A stretch of DNA of 64,000 nucleotides from the human T2T-CHM13v2.0 reference genome, Homo sapiens. The notes beneath the pieces were generated by a model, which was not told the origin of the DNA, ran no database searches, and was given only the letters and a program-made list of their open reading frames with translations. Below are positions 45,933 to 60,638 of the stretch, one piece after another. The stretch is taken from the NCBI RefSeq assembly GCF_009914755.1, contig NC_060942.1. One strand, 5' to 3'. Positions within the stretch are counted from its first letter, which is position 1, and every line of letters begins with the position of its first letter. The position numbers were made by a program, and so were the translations under genes.

Positions 45933-48511
45933 AGACAACTTACACAACAGAATCACTCTTTTAAAGCATACAATCCAGTGTTTTTTAGTTTATTCATAGA
46001 GTGGTACGACCATCGCAGCCATCTGATTTCAGAACATTTTCATCATCACCAAATAAAACCCCACCTGCAGTCAACTCCCATTCTTCCCAACTCCTCTAGT
46101 ACCAGGAAACTGCTAGTTTACTTCCTGCCTCCATGGATTTGCCTGTTCTGGAAATTTCATATAAATGAAATAATATAATATGTGACCTTTGTGTCTGGCT
46201 TCTTTCATTTGGCATAAAGTTTTCAAGGTTCATCCATGCTGTAGCATGTATTAGTACTTCATTCCTTTTAATTTACAAATAATATTTCCTTGTATACATA
46301 TACCGTATTTTACTTATCTATTCATGAGTTGCTGAACATTGGGTTGTTTACATTTTTTGGCTGTTAGGAATAATGCTGCTATAAGCATTTGTGGACAAAT
46401 TGTTTGTGTGGACACCTTCAAGCCCACATATTTAGGAGTGGAGTTGCTGGGTAATATAGTAACTCTGTGTTTAATGTTTTGAGAAATGATTAAGCTGTAT
46501 TGCAAAGCGGCTGCACCACTTTCTCACCAACAATACATGAAGGCTTCTATTTGTCTATATAACCACTATTCATTTTCTTTTTTATTTTAATCATCCTAGT
46601 GGATACTGTTTCTGTTTTTTGCTTTCATTGTGGTTTTGGTTTGCTTTCCCCAATAACTAATGATGTCGAGCATCTATTCATGAGCTTATTGATCATTTGT
46701 TTATCTTCTTTAGAAAAGTAACTATTCAAATTATTGGCCTATTTTTAAAATGAGTTGTCTTTTTATTTGTAAGTGGTTAAAGACTTTTTTCTCTCATTGA
46801 ATTGCCTTGGCAGAATTGTTAAAATCAATTGACCATAACTGTGAGGGTTTCTGGGATGTCAATTCTATTCTATTGAGCTACATGTTTATCTTTACGCGAG
46901 TACAATGCTGTTTTGGTTACAGTAGGTTGGTAGTGAGTTTTTAAATCAGGAAATGTGAGTCTTCTGATTGTGTTCATCTTTTTCAAGATTGTTTTGGTGA
47001 TTTTGGATGCCTTTCATATTCACATGAATTTTAGTGCTGGTTTTTAAATTTCTGCAGAACGGCATCTGGGAGTTTGAGACTGTATTGACCCTGTAGATCA
47101 ATGCAGAGAGTACTACCATTTTAACATCATTATCTTCCAGTCTATGAACATAGTGTGTCTTTCCATTTATTAAGTCTTCTCTACATTTTTCAAGAGTATT
47201 TTGTATTTATTAGTGTACATATCTTGCACTTCTTTTGTTAAATTTGTTCCTAATAATTTTATTGTTTTTGATGTCGTTGTAAATGGAATTGTCTCATTAA
47301 TTTCATTTTGGGATTGTTCATTGCTGTTTCATAAAACTTCATTTGAGTTTTGTATTTTGATCTTACATTAATATCTTGCAACGTTGCTGAACTGGTTTAT
47401 TAGTTCTAATAGGTTGTGTGTGTGTTTGTGTATTCCTTAGAATTTTCCATATTGAAAATTATGTCTTCTTTAGATAGAAATATTTTTACTCTTTCTTTTC
47501 CAGTCTGGATGTCTTTTATTTCTCTTTCTTTCCTCATTGTGTTGAGTAAAACCTCTAGTACAATGTTGAATAGAAGTGGAAGAAGTGGATAACTTGTTTT
47601 GTTCCTAATTTTAAGGGGAAAGCATTCAGTCTTTCACTATTAAATATGATGTTAATTATGGATTTTTCATGGGAACTGTTTAGCATCTAGAAGCAGTTTC
47701 TTTCAATTCCCAATTTATTGAGGGGTTTTAATAATAAAAGTGTGGATTTGACAAATGTCCTTTCTGTATCTATTGAGATGATCATATGGTTTTTGTCCTT
47801 CCTTTATTCTATTGATATAGTATATTGCATTGAATTTCAGATGTTTAAATAACCTTGGATTCCTGGCGTAAATCACACTTTGTCATGGTGCATAATCCTG
47901 TTTATATGTACCTGGATTTGATTTATAACTATTTTGTTAAGGATATTTGATCTTTATTCTTAAGGAACATTGTCTGTAATTTTCTCTACTCGTGATGTTT
48001 TTGCTAGTTTTGGCCTCAGTATAAAACTGGTCTCATAGAATACATTGAGAAATGTTCCTTCCTCTTTCATTTTCTGGAAGAATCTCAGACAAATTGTTAA
48101 TTATTCTTTAAGTGTGTTTTAGAATTCACCAGTGAAGCCATCTGAACTTGGGATTTTCTTTGTAGGAAGTCAATGAATATTTTGTATTTTACCATGAGTC
48201 AGTTTTGGTAGTTTATGTTTTTCTACAATTCTTTCCTTTTGTCTAGGTTATCTAATTTGTTGGCAAACACTTTTTTGTAGTATTTCTTTATAATTCTTTT
48301 CATTTCTACAGGGTGGATATTGCTATGTTTTCCTTCATTCCTGGTTTAGGTGATTTGAATCTTTTCTCTTTTTTTGTGAGCTGTCTAAATAAATGCTTAG
48401 TAATTTTTCTGATCTTTCCAAAGAACCAAATTTTTACTGGTTAATTTTCTCTATTGTTTTTCATTTTTATTTCATTTATATCCACTATATTTTTTCTGCT
48501 TGCTTTGGATT

Positions 48512-50690
48512 TTTTTTCTTTAGCCTTTTATTTTAGGTTCAGGGGTATACGTGAAGGTTTGTTATATAGGTAAACTCATGTCATGGGGGTTTGTTGTACA
48601 GATTATTTCATCTTCTAGGCATTAAGACTAGTACTCATGAGTTATTTTTCCTGATCCTCTCCCTCCTCCCACCCTCCACCCTCAAGTAGACCCCAATGTC
48701 TGTTGTTTCCCTCTTTGTGTTCATGAGGTCTCACCATGTAGCTCCCACTTACAAGTGAGAATGTGTGGTATTTGGCTTTCTGTTCCTGTGTTAGTTTGCT
48801 AAGGATAACAGCCTCTGGCTCCATCCATGTTCCTGCAAATGACATGATATCTTTCTTTTTTATGGCTGCACAGTATTCCATGGTGCATATGTACCATATT
48901 TTCTTTATCCAGTCTACTATCGATGGGCATTTAGGTTGATTCCATGTCTTTGCTATTGTGAGTAGTGCTGCGGTGAACATAGGTGTGCATGTGTGTTTAT
49001 GTTCCTTCCCCAACTTGAAGGCAGCAGAGGACAGAACTTTAGTAGTGGCTGTGACCAAGGGTGTTTTGCTTGTTTCCTGGGGGCTCCACCCCTGAGAGAT
49101 GCAGGTCAGCAATTGCTCAGTGCAATCAGCCCAGAATGGAAAGGGTGTGCCGTGGGCCCAAGCTGGGGGTTCCCTGTCTGGTAATGAGTAGGGGATGTGG
49201 GTGGGATCCATGGGAGATGGACTGGCCTCCTCTCCTTGGATTGACTGCAGCTTGTTGGAGGTGTCAATAAGGCACTGAGGGTCTTTGCTCCTTCATTAGT
49301 CTGAGGATAGCAAGGGCAGTCCCACTGCAGAGGCAGTGGCAGAAAGGCTTTCAGTTGTCCCTGTCCAGGGTTGCAGAGCTACTACTGGCTGAATAGCTCT
49401 GGCAGGGGTGGCTGGAGACCTAGGCCTGGAGGACTTGCCTGGTAAGGAGATATGGGAACAGGCACCACTTTTCTGTAGGGCTGCTGCAGTATACAGGGGA
49501 TCCACTCTAGTCCCTAGTCACCATGAATTTTCCAGTACCTGGAGGTATCAACAGTGAAGGCTGCAAAACAGCAAAAATGGCAGCCTGCCCCTCCCTCTGC
49601 AAGCTCCATCCCAGGGTGGTTCTTATCTGTTGCCAGCCTGAACACACCTGCAGGAGGTGGCTGGAGATCCCAACTGAGAGATTCTGCCCGGTGAGGAGGA
49701 ATGGAATTTGGAAACCTGCATTAAAAGGCCATTTGGTCATGTTTTTGTAGAGCGGTTGTGTTCTGGGGGTCCACTACAACACCTGATTGTCTTGGACTCG
49801 CCAAAGCCTGAAGGGCAGAATGGCTAAGTTGCCCAAACAACAAAGATGGTGGCCTGCCTCACAATTTCTTCTTTCTGTTGCAGGGAGGCTTGAAACCTCT
49901 GTTGGCTGGAAAACACTGGTGGTGCTAGCTAGAGTCCCCAGTTGGGAGGTCCCACCCAGTGAGAAGAAACAAGACTGGGGACCTGCTTAAAACAACAATC
50001 TGGCCACATTTTTGTAGGACAGCTGCTCTGTACTGGGGGTCCACTTCAGCCCCTGGTTGCCTCCAGCCCAAAGGCCGGAACAGCTAAGTTGCCCAAACAG
50101 CAAAGATGGCAGCCCACCCCTCCCCCTGGGAGCTCCACCTAAGGGAGGCACAAGCTGCTACCTGTGGCTAGCTGGAGTTCCATGCCAATTATCCTGTGAG
50201 ACACTGTAAAAGCAGGGCCTGCAGACTGTTGCTGCTCAGCCCTCTGGATTCAGCCCCTTTCCTAGGGGCCTGTACAGGGGGGTCTAACCTCCTATTTTGC
50301 TGAAGTTGCAGCTGCTTTTGCTGGGAAGCCCAGAAAGCCAATGTATCTAAGGCTCCTGGGCCTTCACATGTGCCTGAGTGGCTGCTCAGCCAAGACTCCA
50401 CATAGCTCTCTGTATGTCAGACTGAAGGTCCTGGTGGAGTGGGTTCTCAAGGGGATCTCTTGACCTGAGGGTTGCAAAGATCCATGGAAGAAGTGTGGAT
50501 TCCTCAGGTTGCACATTCACTCACTGCTTCAGTGAGTGAGCAGAGCAGGGGAGGCTCCCCCCGGCTCTGTGTGACACCCAGGTGGGCTGTCATCCTGCCC
50601 TGCTTTTGTTTGTTCTCAGTCAGTCCAGTTGTTTTCTTGATTAGTCCCAATGCATGTACCTGGATGTTTCTGTTAAAGGTGTTTTATTTT
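48512..50690 (-). mobile_element. Internally deleted L1PA (L1PA15/16-like): 5'UTR joined to ORF2 C-terminus and 3'UTR
   Basis: 3' end 48512-49000; repeated-monomer 5'UTR 49001-50690; TSD TGCTTTGGATT on both sides. Confidence 0.85.
48642..49211 (-). other. Chimeric 189-aa ORF spanning the L1 deletion junction
   Basis: True ATG (CCCATGG); 5'UTR-derived N-terminus in frame with the ORF2p C-terminal TCTPMFTAALLTIAKTWNQPKCP...; translation unproven. Confidence 0.3.
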
Positions 50691-53600
50691 CTGCTTTGGA
50701 TTATATTTGCTCTTTTCTTTACAGTTTCTTAGGGTATAAGTTTGGGTTATTGTTTTGGGATTTTATTTCTTTTTAAAATATTGGGGTTTAATAGTATGTA
50801 TTTCCCTCTAAGTGCTGCTTTATCTGCACCTCATGAGTTTTGGTATATATCCCATAAAATTTAGTGTTCATTTCCATTTATCTCAAAATATTTGGTGTGT
50901 GTCTTTGTGATTTTCACTTTGATCTGTTGATTATTTAGGAGTGTGTCATTTATTTTTACGTATTTGTTAATTTCTAAAATTTTATCTTATTACTGATTTC
51001 TAGTTTCATTTCAATGAGAGCCGAGAATATACTTTGCCTGACTTTATCCTTTTAAATTTATTGAGACTTGTTTTCTGGCCTAATATGGCTTATCCTGGAG
51101 AATGGTTCATGTGTATTTTAAAAGAATGTGTACTCTACTGTTGTTGAGTGATGTTTTCTTTACATGTCTGTTAAATCTAATTGATTTATAGTATTTTTAA
51201 ACCTTCCATTTCTTTGTTGTTCTTCTGCCTTGTTGTTCTATCCATTATTGAAATTGGGGTATTGAAGTTTCCAGCTCTAATGTTGATTTGTCTGTTTTTC
51301 CCTTCAGTTCTCTCTGTTTTGCTTTATGTATTTTTGAACTCTCTTGTTTGGTGCATACATATTTTTAATTACGTCTTTTTGCTTGACATTTTTATCATTA
51401 TAAAATGCCCTTCTTTGTCTCTAGTGACAATTTTTGTGTTAAAGTCTATTTTGTCTTATACTACTATAGCCATTTCAGTTTTTATTTGTTTATTTGTTTT
51501 GGTTACCACTTGCATCATGTTTTTTTCATCCTTTACTTTCAACCTATTTGTGTCTTTGAATCTAAAGTATATCCTTATAGGTGACATATAATTGGGTCAT
51601 TCAGATAATCTGTTAGTTTCTGCCTTTTGATTAGAATGTCTGATTACCAGTGTTTAATGAATATCTTATAAGGTAGAATTTACATCTGCCATTTAGCTGT
51701 TTGTTTTCTGCATGTCTTATGTCATTTTGTTACTCTATTTCTCCATTACTTTCTTTTTTGTTGTTGTTAAATAGGTATTTTTGTTAGTCCTCTTTTGATT
51801 AAAATGTACCATATTCTTGTACTATATTTTCTGAGTTTTTTTCTTAGTTGTGGCCCTGAAATTCCCAATTAACATTAACATTTTAAAATAATGTATTTCA
51901 AATTAATATGAATTTAATTTCAATAGTATATGAAACTTGTCTACAATATTATTCTTTCCTATCTTGCCTTTGTTCTATTACTGTCATAAAACATACAAAT
52001 TACATCTTTTAATATTTTAAGTCCATTCAGCAATTTTATAATTATTGCTTTATGATGTTATTGTTTAGATAAAACAGAAAGAAAAATTAGTTACAGAGAT
52101 ACAGTTATTCTTTCCTTAATATTTAGCCTTGCAATTATCTTTACTAGTGTTCTTTATTTTTTCATGTGGATTTCAGTTATGTTTAGTGCTCTTTCATTTC
52201 AATTTGAAGGACTCTTTAGTATTTCTTATAGAATAAGTCTGCTATCAACCAATTCATTCAGTTTTTATCTGGGAACACCTTTATATCTCTTACATTTTTG
52301 GAGGATAGTTTTGGTCAACAGTTTTGGTTGATTGTTTCTTTCTGCATCTTGAAAATGGCATCCCATTGCCTTCTGGCATCCACAGTTTCTGGTAAGAAGT
52401 CCAATGTTAATCTTATTTTGGATCTCTTCTCTATGATGAGTCATATTTGTCTTGGTTCTTTCAAGATCTCTCTCTCTTTGTCTTTTGACAGTTTGACCAT
52501 GAAATTTTCAGTTATGGATCTCTCTGAGCTTATTTTACTTGAAGTTTGATTAATGCTTTCCTTCAATTTGGGGAAGTTCTCAGTCACAGTTTCTTCAAAT
52601 ATTTTCTGCTCCATCTTTTATCTTCTCTCATTTTATGTCTTCAATTTATTTGGACACTGATTTGCTTAATGATATCTCACATGTGTCTAAGACTCTGTTC
52701 TTTTTTCCTTATTCTTTACTTGCTATTCCTCAGACTGGATAATCTCAATTGACCTTTCTTCAAGTTCACTGATTCTTCTGTCAGCTCAGATCTGCTGTTG
52801 AGCCCTTCTAGTCAATTATTTATTTCAGTTATTTTACTTTTTTATTTCCTGTAACACAACCCATTGTAAGTGCTGGAATCCATAATGAGTCCTTTTGTTT
52901 GCCTCTGGAAAACTGATGCAAATCAATCTGACGTCCTGGCTCCTGTTTTTAACATGAATAATACAGACCTTTGTCTCTGATCCAGGAGTCTTTTGTCTTC
53001 TTCCAGCACTGTAAATCTTGAAACAGCATATTACTTGTTATTTAAAAGTAGGGTAACAAGACTAGACTCTGTACAGTTTTTTAATTTTGGCAATGAGTAT
53101 GGTGTGCTAACAGAGGCATGGATTTCTGGAATAGAAAGGATGAGGTTTTCTATAGGCTGGGCTAGGGGTTATGTGAAAACTCACTCCCCAGGATCTGGTA
53201 GTGAATGCTCTTGCCCCAGTGGTAGGGTGGAGGCAGTAAGCATCTTCCCAATGTTCTACCTATTAATGGATGTTTAGAGGCTTTATGGTGAGAGGTAAGA
53301 TTAAAACCAGCCTCCTGAATGCTGCTTAGGTTCATTCTCTACTAAATGGTAGAAGGAAGGGATGTTATGATGGCAATGGGGGCAGCAAGCCTCAGGTAGG
53401 TCCTTAGCCAAAAGGTATCATGGCTGCTAGAGGATCCCTCATGGCATCAGCAACAAGGATATAGAGCTTTGGTTACCTTTAAACATCTGGAGGTTTTTGT
53501 TGTTGTTGTTGTTGTTAAAACTGAGAAGTCAGCTGCTCAAAACTGAAAGTAGATGCAAAGCCTTGCTTATTGGCACTGAGTGCTTCTTTCTCCAGCAGCC

Positions 53601-54329
53601 CCTGATGCCTTTTTTTGCCCTCTACCACATCCTCAGCTGCTTTACTAAAAGCCAATGTGCTAGAAAACTTCAGACAGGGACGTTACTCACACTTTTATGG
53701 TGGTATAGGATGTGGAAGTCCAAATCATCCCCTGGCTGGCTCTGTGTGGATAGGGGATTCTGGGTACAAGGGTGGCAGAATGCTGCTGAACATTTCAGGT
53801 AGAAGCTGCAGTGAAATGTGAGGGTGCAAGAAGAAAGAGCGCCTGTTTTTGGCAGGCCTCAGATGCTGGAGGTGCACAGGGGAGGATGTAGCACTGACCT
53901 TCGGGCAAGAAGCCAGGGGAGAAAAAAATGCTTCCTTGTATACTCCAGCCATCCCTGCAGGCCAGTCTCCACCATCCTTCTGCACTCCCCAGGCTCCTTG
54001 CTAGGAAATGACATTATCTCCTGGTAGCTGTCCCTAAAGTATAGTTGTTAAACTCCTTGGTGTGTGTTCCCATGGTGTGGAGGGAAAGTGTCCAAATTTA
54101 AATAGCGCTTGAGCAAAATGTACAGTTAAAAAAAAAACAACATTAAAGTGACCTTATGAATGAAGCCCTCTGGGTCAACTCAACGTACTTTGTTATGAAA
54201 ATATATAACATGTGCTGTAAGTGTTCATAAAGTATCAGAAAATATTATGTGCTTTAGGCCTTTAAAAAAACACTAGAGCAACAAAGTACCCTGCTATTTG
54301 CAAACTGGTGGGGTAGTCAGCATTCAGCA

Positions 54330-55800
54330 GGAGTGCCTCACTCCTCTGATGTCCAGATTTTTCCCTATATAGGTGATGTCCTGATGATTGGCAAATCCGA
54401 AGCTTCAGTCTCAATTGGCCTGGCTGTAATGCTATCATACCTCATCCGGCAGAGGTGGTTAATAAACCCCAGCACAATTTTGGAACTGCGTTCCAAGAAC
54501 AGTTTCTTAGGACTGTGTGAGTGGGTTTATTAATACAATGTTCAATTCTTCTAACAATGGATCAAAAACTGCTGTCTTTTTTGGTCCCACTATCACCAAA
54601 AAAAAGTCCTAACCCTTTATTGGATTCTTTAAATATTGTAGACAATATATGCCTCTCTAAACAGTCTTACTTGTCAAATGAAAACAACGTGTTCACGGAA
54701 TCAGCTAACCTGGACTCAGCTTCACCTCATTTTTTTTAATGATGGGTGGAAGCTACTTCTTTAGGGAAAACTTATCTCCCCCTCTGCTGCCTGAAGCAAA
54801 GTTCCGATTCAGTGGGGCCCCCAATTCAGAGAAGCTCCCCTCAATTCCTGGGCCTGGTTGACTGATGATTCAACAAAGTCAAAACTTAATGTTGTCCACT
54901 GGGATTGCTGTGGCTGTTTAGCCTCAGCCCCAGCTACAAATAACTGAAAATGTGCATGGTGACTCCACTCAGTAGGCAAAACTAAAGGTTGTTTTCATAG
55001 CTCAGGCCAATACATCCGTTGATATTTTTACTGAGTCGTGTGCTGGTCTAGTCATTTGGATTGTCACTTGAAAGACCACAGATGGGCAGAGTAAAGATAC
55101 TCCTCCTTAGGGCCACAAACTGGAAACAAATTGTGGCTGCTGTTATGGTGGTCTGGGTCACTCACATGGACCATGTGACCTCACATTACTTAACCTAAAT
55201 GTCTACAGGAAGGCTCTATTCACTGACTGAAGCCAAGCTGCTGCTCACACCTGCAATGCTGAAATTGCTGCCTCTCCATCGGGATCTGTCATCACATCAA
55301 AATATGGCAATATATCACCATCAGGCTTTGAGGTTCTGTGTCTGATACAGAAGCAATCACTGCATACTAGATCTGTGATTCCTGCCAATAAATACTTGTT
55401 TGTCTCAAGATGAAGGAGGACACATTGCAGGAATTGGTGATCCTGTCTTCTCTTGGCAGATTGACTACCTGGGATCTTCCTTACTTCCTTAAGGTTATCA
55501 ATGATGCCTCAGTACTTTTGACACTTTTTCAGGTTATGGTACTGTGGTCCAGTCCATAACACTTGGGCCATTAAAACTAATCTGTGCCATGTTTTTTGCT
55601 TTTTGAACCTTCTACGATCTGACAGTGATGTCCTTTTTGTCACAAACGTTATCAGTGATGGGACAATGACCAAAGTATTGGATGGACATTCCATGCCCCC
55701 TACTATTTATAAATTTTGGGTATTGTTGAGCTTGGGAAGACTTCTGACTTTACTTCCCTCACCTCCTCCTGATCCACACACCTCAGTAAGAGTGTGAATA
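54330..55800 (+). pseudogene. Degenerate class III (ERVL-like) pol remnant
   Basis: FPYIGDVLMIG...WLINP...FLG (RT YxDD region, ORF 54333); TGGTTGACTGATGATTCA (WFTDGS-like RNase H); TGGCAGATTGACTACCTGGGA (WQIDY integrase), in canonical order. Confidence 0.7.
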
Positions 55801-56625
55801 AGGTTGTGCCCAGAAAGGGATTTTATCATTTCAACAACTTTCCAGGTAATGATCAGGAAAAAAATTATACATATGAATATAAGATAATTGGAGAAAAGAT
55901 AAAGTTGTAATTACTCCGGGATTGGATGCATTAATTTTATGGTAGTAGAAGGAGAGAAAAAAAACCCGGCAACCAGGGAGGGAACTTAGATCCCAGAGGT
56001 ATACGGGAAAAGAAATGATTAAACCCACTCTATCTTCTAGATCCAGCACTGCTTCCTGAGTCAAGCCACAGCTTCATCTGACAATCTAAACTGAGGCTGA
56101 GTTTGTCATCTCTGTTGACATGCTATAAAAATGAAATAAAACTCAGGCGAACATGACAGGCCTTGACCTATTCTGCTGTGCCTGATGCCATCAACAGTAG
56201 CTTCCAAACACAACATTTACAAACACAACCTGTTTCAATCTGACTGATTATGTGATTCTCCTGATGCTGAGTGGCCTTAAGTTGTGCCACGTGTGATTAT
56301 CAAGGCTACAGTTACTCAGTGAAGATACACATGGGGCTTAACCAAACCAATGTAATGGTGATCCAAATCAGCTTTAACAACAAATCCTCAAGAGAGTGAC
56401 TGAATAATGACTTCAGGTCATATGTTTGTGTGTGCATAGATTGGGCTGTGAAATTGGGGATGAAGATTGCTTTTTGGCCTTTTGTCCCCTGTAATTATTG
56501 GAAGACTCATAGCATCCCTTTCATCACACTATTTTGATTAAGACAGTTACACAGGTCCCTCCAGATTTGAGGATCAATGTCACTGTAAGTATATGGGTCA
56601 TGGGGGTCTATAATCAAAAACTAAA

Positions 56626-57295
56626 AAAAAAATACATGTTGGCATGGATGTGGTGAACAAGGAACACTTCTACACTGCTGGTGGGAATGTAAACTAGTAC
56701 AACCACTATGGAGATTCCTTAAAGAACTAAAAGTGGAACTACCATTTGATCCAGCAATCCCACTACTGGGTATCTACCCAGAGGAAAAGAAGTCATTATA
56801 CAAAAAAGATACTTGCACATGCATGTTTATAGCAACGCAATTCACAATTCACAATTGTGTTGTGCAAAAATGTGGAACCAACCAAATGCCTATCAGTCAA
56901 TGAGTGGATTAAGAAACTGTGGCATACTACTCAGTCATACTACTCAGTCATAAAAAGGAATGAATTAATGGCATTTGCAGTGACCTAGATGAGATTGGAG
57001 ACTATTCTTCTAAGTGAATTAACTCAGGAATTGAACCAAACATATGTTTTCACTCATAAGTGGGAGCTAAGCTATGAGGATGCAAAGGCACAAGAATGAC
57101 ACAATGGACTTTAGGGTCTTGGGGAAGGAGTGGGAGGAGGGTGAAGGATAAAAGACTACAAATTGGGTGCAGTGTATACTGCTTGGGTGATGGGTGCACC
57201 AAAATCTCACAAATCACCACTAAAGGACTTACTCATGCAGCCAAACACCACTTGTTCCCCAACAACATATGGAAATAAAAAATTAAAAAGAAAAG
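56626..57295 (+). mobile_element. L1PB 3'-end fragment
   Basis: GGAACACTTCTACACTGCTGGTGGG...GGGTGCACCAAAATCTCACAAATCACCACTAAAG...AATAAA. Confidence 0.88.
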
Positions 57296-57305
57296 AAGTA
57301 CATGG

Positions 57306-57711
<406 letters not shown>

Positions 57712-59042
57712 CTATAATGAATCTGCTTATTTCAAATCTAATTGTATTCAAATATTGTTGTGCTATTTATTCATGTCTCTTAAATTGCTTTATTATTGTA
57801 ATCATCCTTGGCATTGTGTGAACAAAATATTTTCCTCATTAAAATTACACCCCTTGGAAAGTACACTCTATATGAGGAGGATTTTGTTTTGTTCTTTGCT
57901 ATAAACTCAGAGTCTAGAACAGTGCCTGACATATACTAGATAATAAATGCTTGTTGAGTGAATAAAAGCAAAAGGTTATGCCAGCTTTCCTCAAGCAGTC
58001 AGCAGGTAAAGTCCATAATCTGAGAGCCCAAATTTGGGGTGAGTAGAAAGGTCGAAGAATAGGTCAAAGAAACCAAGAAGAGTCAAGTAAGAAATTATCG
58101 AAGTTCAAGTGGTGTATCCATTGTTATCGAGTTTTGGAACATTTAAACTCAGCAGAAAAGGGTCTGTCTCACCAGGGACTATTTTATTAGCCTCTTCATG
58201 TATGCAGCAGTTTTATTTACTTGGTCTTGGAATTTGTAAAGGACTATTTGGGATCTAACTATGGTACATTGGACAGTGAGATTCTTATTCATTCACTAGC
58301 ACTTTCATCTATATGATCATTTGTAATTATTCTACAAAACCCACAGACAGAAATTAATAGTCTCATTATAAATTATTTACTTGTCCCAGGTCACTGGATT
58401 TTAAGTGGCCCTAATTTGATTCAAACTTATTTATTGCTTTTTCCTCTTTAGCTCAATCGTCTTGACCAATTTTCCAGTTATCTATTCTGATTTAGTGCAG
58501 TTGGAAAAGACAAAGACAAAATGTATTTTCATCCTGTGCTAAGTTACTGGTGGGACAGGCAACTGTCCATGCAAGAGTGACTTTAGTTGCATTAGGATGT
58601 TTAACTACAAATACTTCTCCCATCAAGTTACTGATTATAATAATAGTTGTAATTGTTACAGTTTTAGTAGTAGCTAGCATTTATTTAAATGTATTTAGTT
58701 GTGGTAGTGCTAAGCTGTTTCCTAAATGTTTCATTTGAACTTATAGTTTGTCAACATAAAACAGTGTATTTCATATCTTTCATTCAATAATTGTAGTTAA
58801 CATTTAAAGTGTAACTGCAAAAGTAATAAATTCATTCAGTGTAATATTAAATCTTTCTTGCTTATGTGCTTTGTAGAAACCCTTGAGATCTCAGGTCAAA
58901 TTTCTTCACAAACTTCATCGCACTTGTGAAGTCTTCATTTTTTAAACTAACAGCTTTTATTGTCTATTTCATTTATTCGATATTTACTGTCTATTGTTGA
59001 TGTGGGTATTCATTGCAGAGTACTTTCTATTAAATGCAACAC

Positions 59043-59345
<303 letters not shown>

Positions 59346-59777
59346 AATACATTTTTTTTTTTTTTTGCAACAAATACAAACAAAAACACTTATATATTTA
59401 TTTGTTTGAAAATAAGTCTTGTGTCTTCTTGTTTCCACCTTGGAGGCAACTTATAGAAAATAAAAATAAAATAAACATGAAATTAGAAACAGAAAAACCT
59501 AAAATGAAAAGTAGTGAACAGTTCAGAAACTAAAATGCAAAGGAAATAAATTTTTTTTACTCTGCTTATCCTGGTAGCCCAAGGAAAGGGAAATTTAGGC
59601 AGTCATCTAATTTACATTGAAGAAAGCACATTGGTCTTTCAGGGGGATTAAATGATTTCCTGGGCCTAATTTTTATAATAAATTTCTATCACAGAAGCAT
59701 TTTGTGGGGACCCTGAACAAATTAATAAGCAATAGCCTCAACATCGACATCAGCACATCCAGTAGAGGTTTTTAAAT

Positions 59778-59831
59778 ATTAGGTAGGTGCCAAAAGTAAT
59801 CATGGTTTTGCCACTGGCACTAACCTAAATA
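59778..59831. mobile_element. MADE1 mariner MITE, internally deleted
   Basis: TTAGGTAGGTGCCAAAAGTAAT...GCACTAACCTAA terminal inverted repeats. Confidence 0.7.
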
Positions 59832-60638
59832 GTCATTCTTACGTGTTCCTTATATACTCCTTAATTAAGGCAGACTTTATAACACTAAAGCACAAGTCAG
59901 TGAAACTGATAAAAGGCTTCTCTAAAAGAATGATGTAAAAATAAAGAAGGTTTCTACATTTCCCAGAGACCCAATATGACTGATTCAATGTTCAGTAAAT
60001 GCATCAAATTGTTTATGTTTTTGAAGAAATTAGATTCTGCTTACAAAGTGCTTATAAAGGTGATTCGCTGATAAAAATTCATGTCTTTTGTAGGGCTGGG
60101 GCTTTGTTTTCTGGACATCTATTCCTTTCTTTGGAGACTTGGGGAGTTTGGTAAAATCAACAAATGGAGTATTTATTTTTTAAAAAGATAGCAGAATTAA
60201 TTTCCATTTTCAGTTCCAAAATTGAGCTTGTTCTTACTCCTGTCAAAATACAACTTATTTTGGGGATGACATCTTGATGAATCAACCCCCTTGACAAACA
60301 AAAACATACAGTTTTGCCTAAATAATGCAATAATTGTTGGGGTAAACTTGCTTATTGAAAAAGAGCAACAAGGTAGAAAAGCACACACATCCTGAGTATT
60401 CATTAGAACTATCACAAAGTGAATATACCTGGGTAACAATGTCCTCATCAAGCAATAGAACATTCTTAACACCTGACTCCCCATGTCCATTCAAATCGCC
60501 ATTTCCTTCCACAGCAAAGGTGGCTACCATCATAACTTTGAATATCAAATATCATAGCCTAGTTTTGCTTATTCTTGAACTTTTTATAAAAGATACAGTT
60601 TGTATGCTTTTGTAGCTGGCTTATTCTGCTCAATGTTA

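Noticed and set aside
49550-50130. Three ~260-bp spaced repeats (AAACAGCAAAGATGGCAGCC)
   Set aside because: Expected monomer structure of old L1PA 5'UTRs, not a new array.
51181-51591. 136-aa hydrophobic membrane-protein-like ORF
   Set aside because: Antisense reading of A-rich L1 ORF2; T-richness produces Phe/Leu/Ile runs.
59778-59831. miR-548-like hairpin
   Set aside because: This MADE1 copy has lost much of one arm, so the stem is too short for a pre-miRNA.
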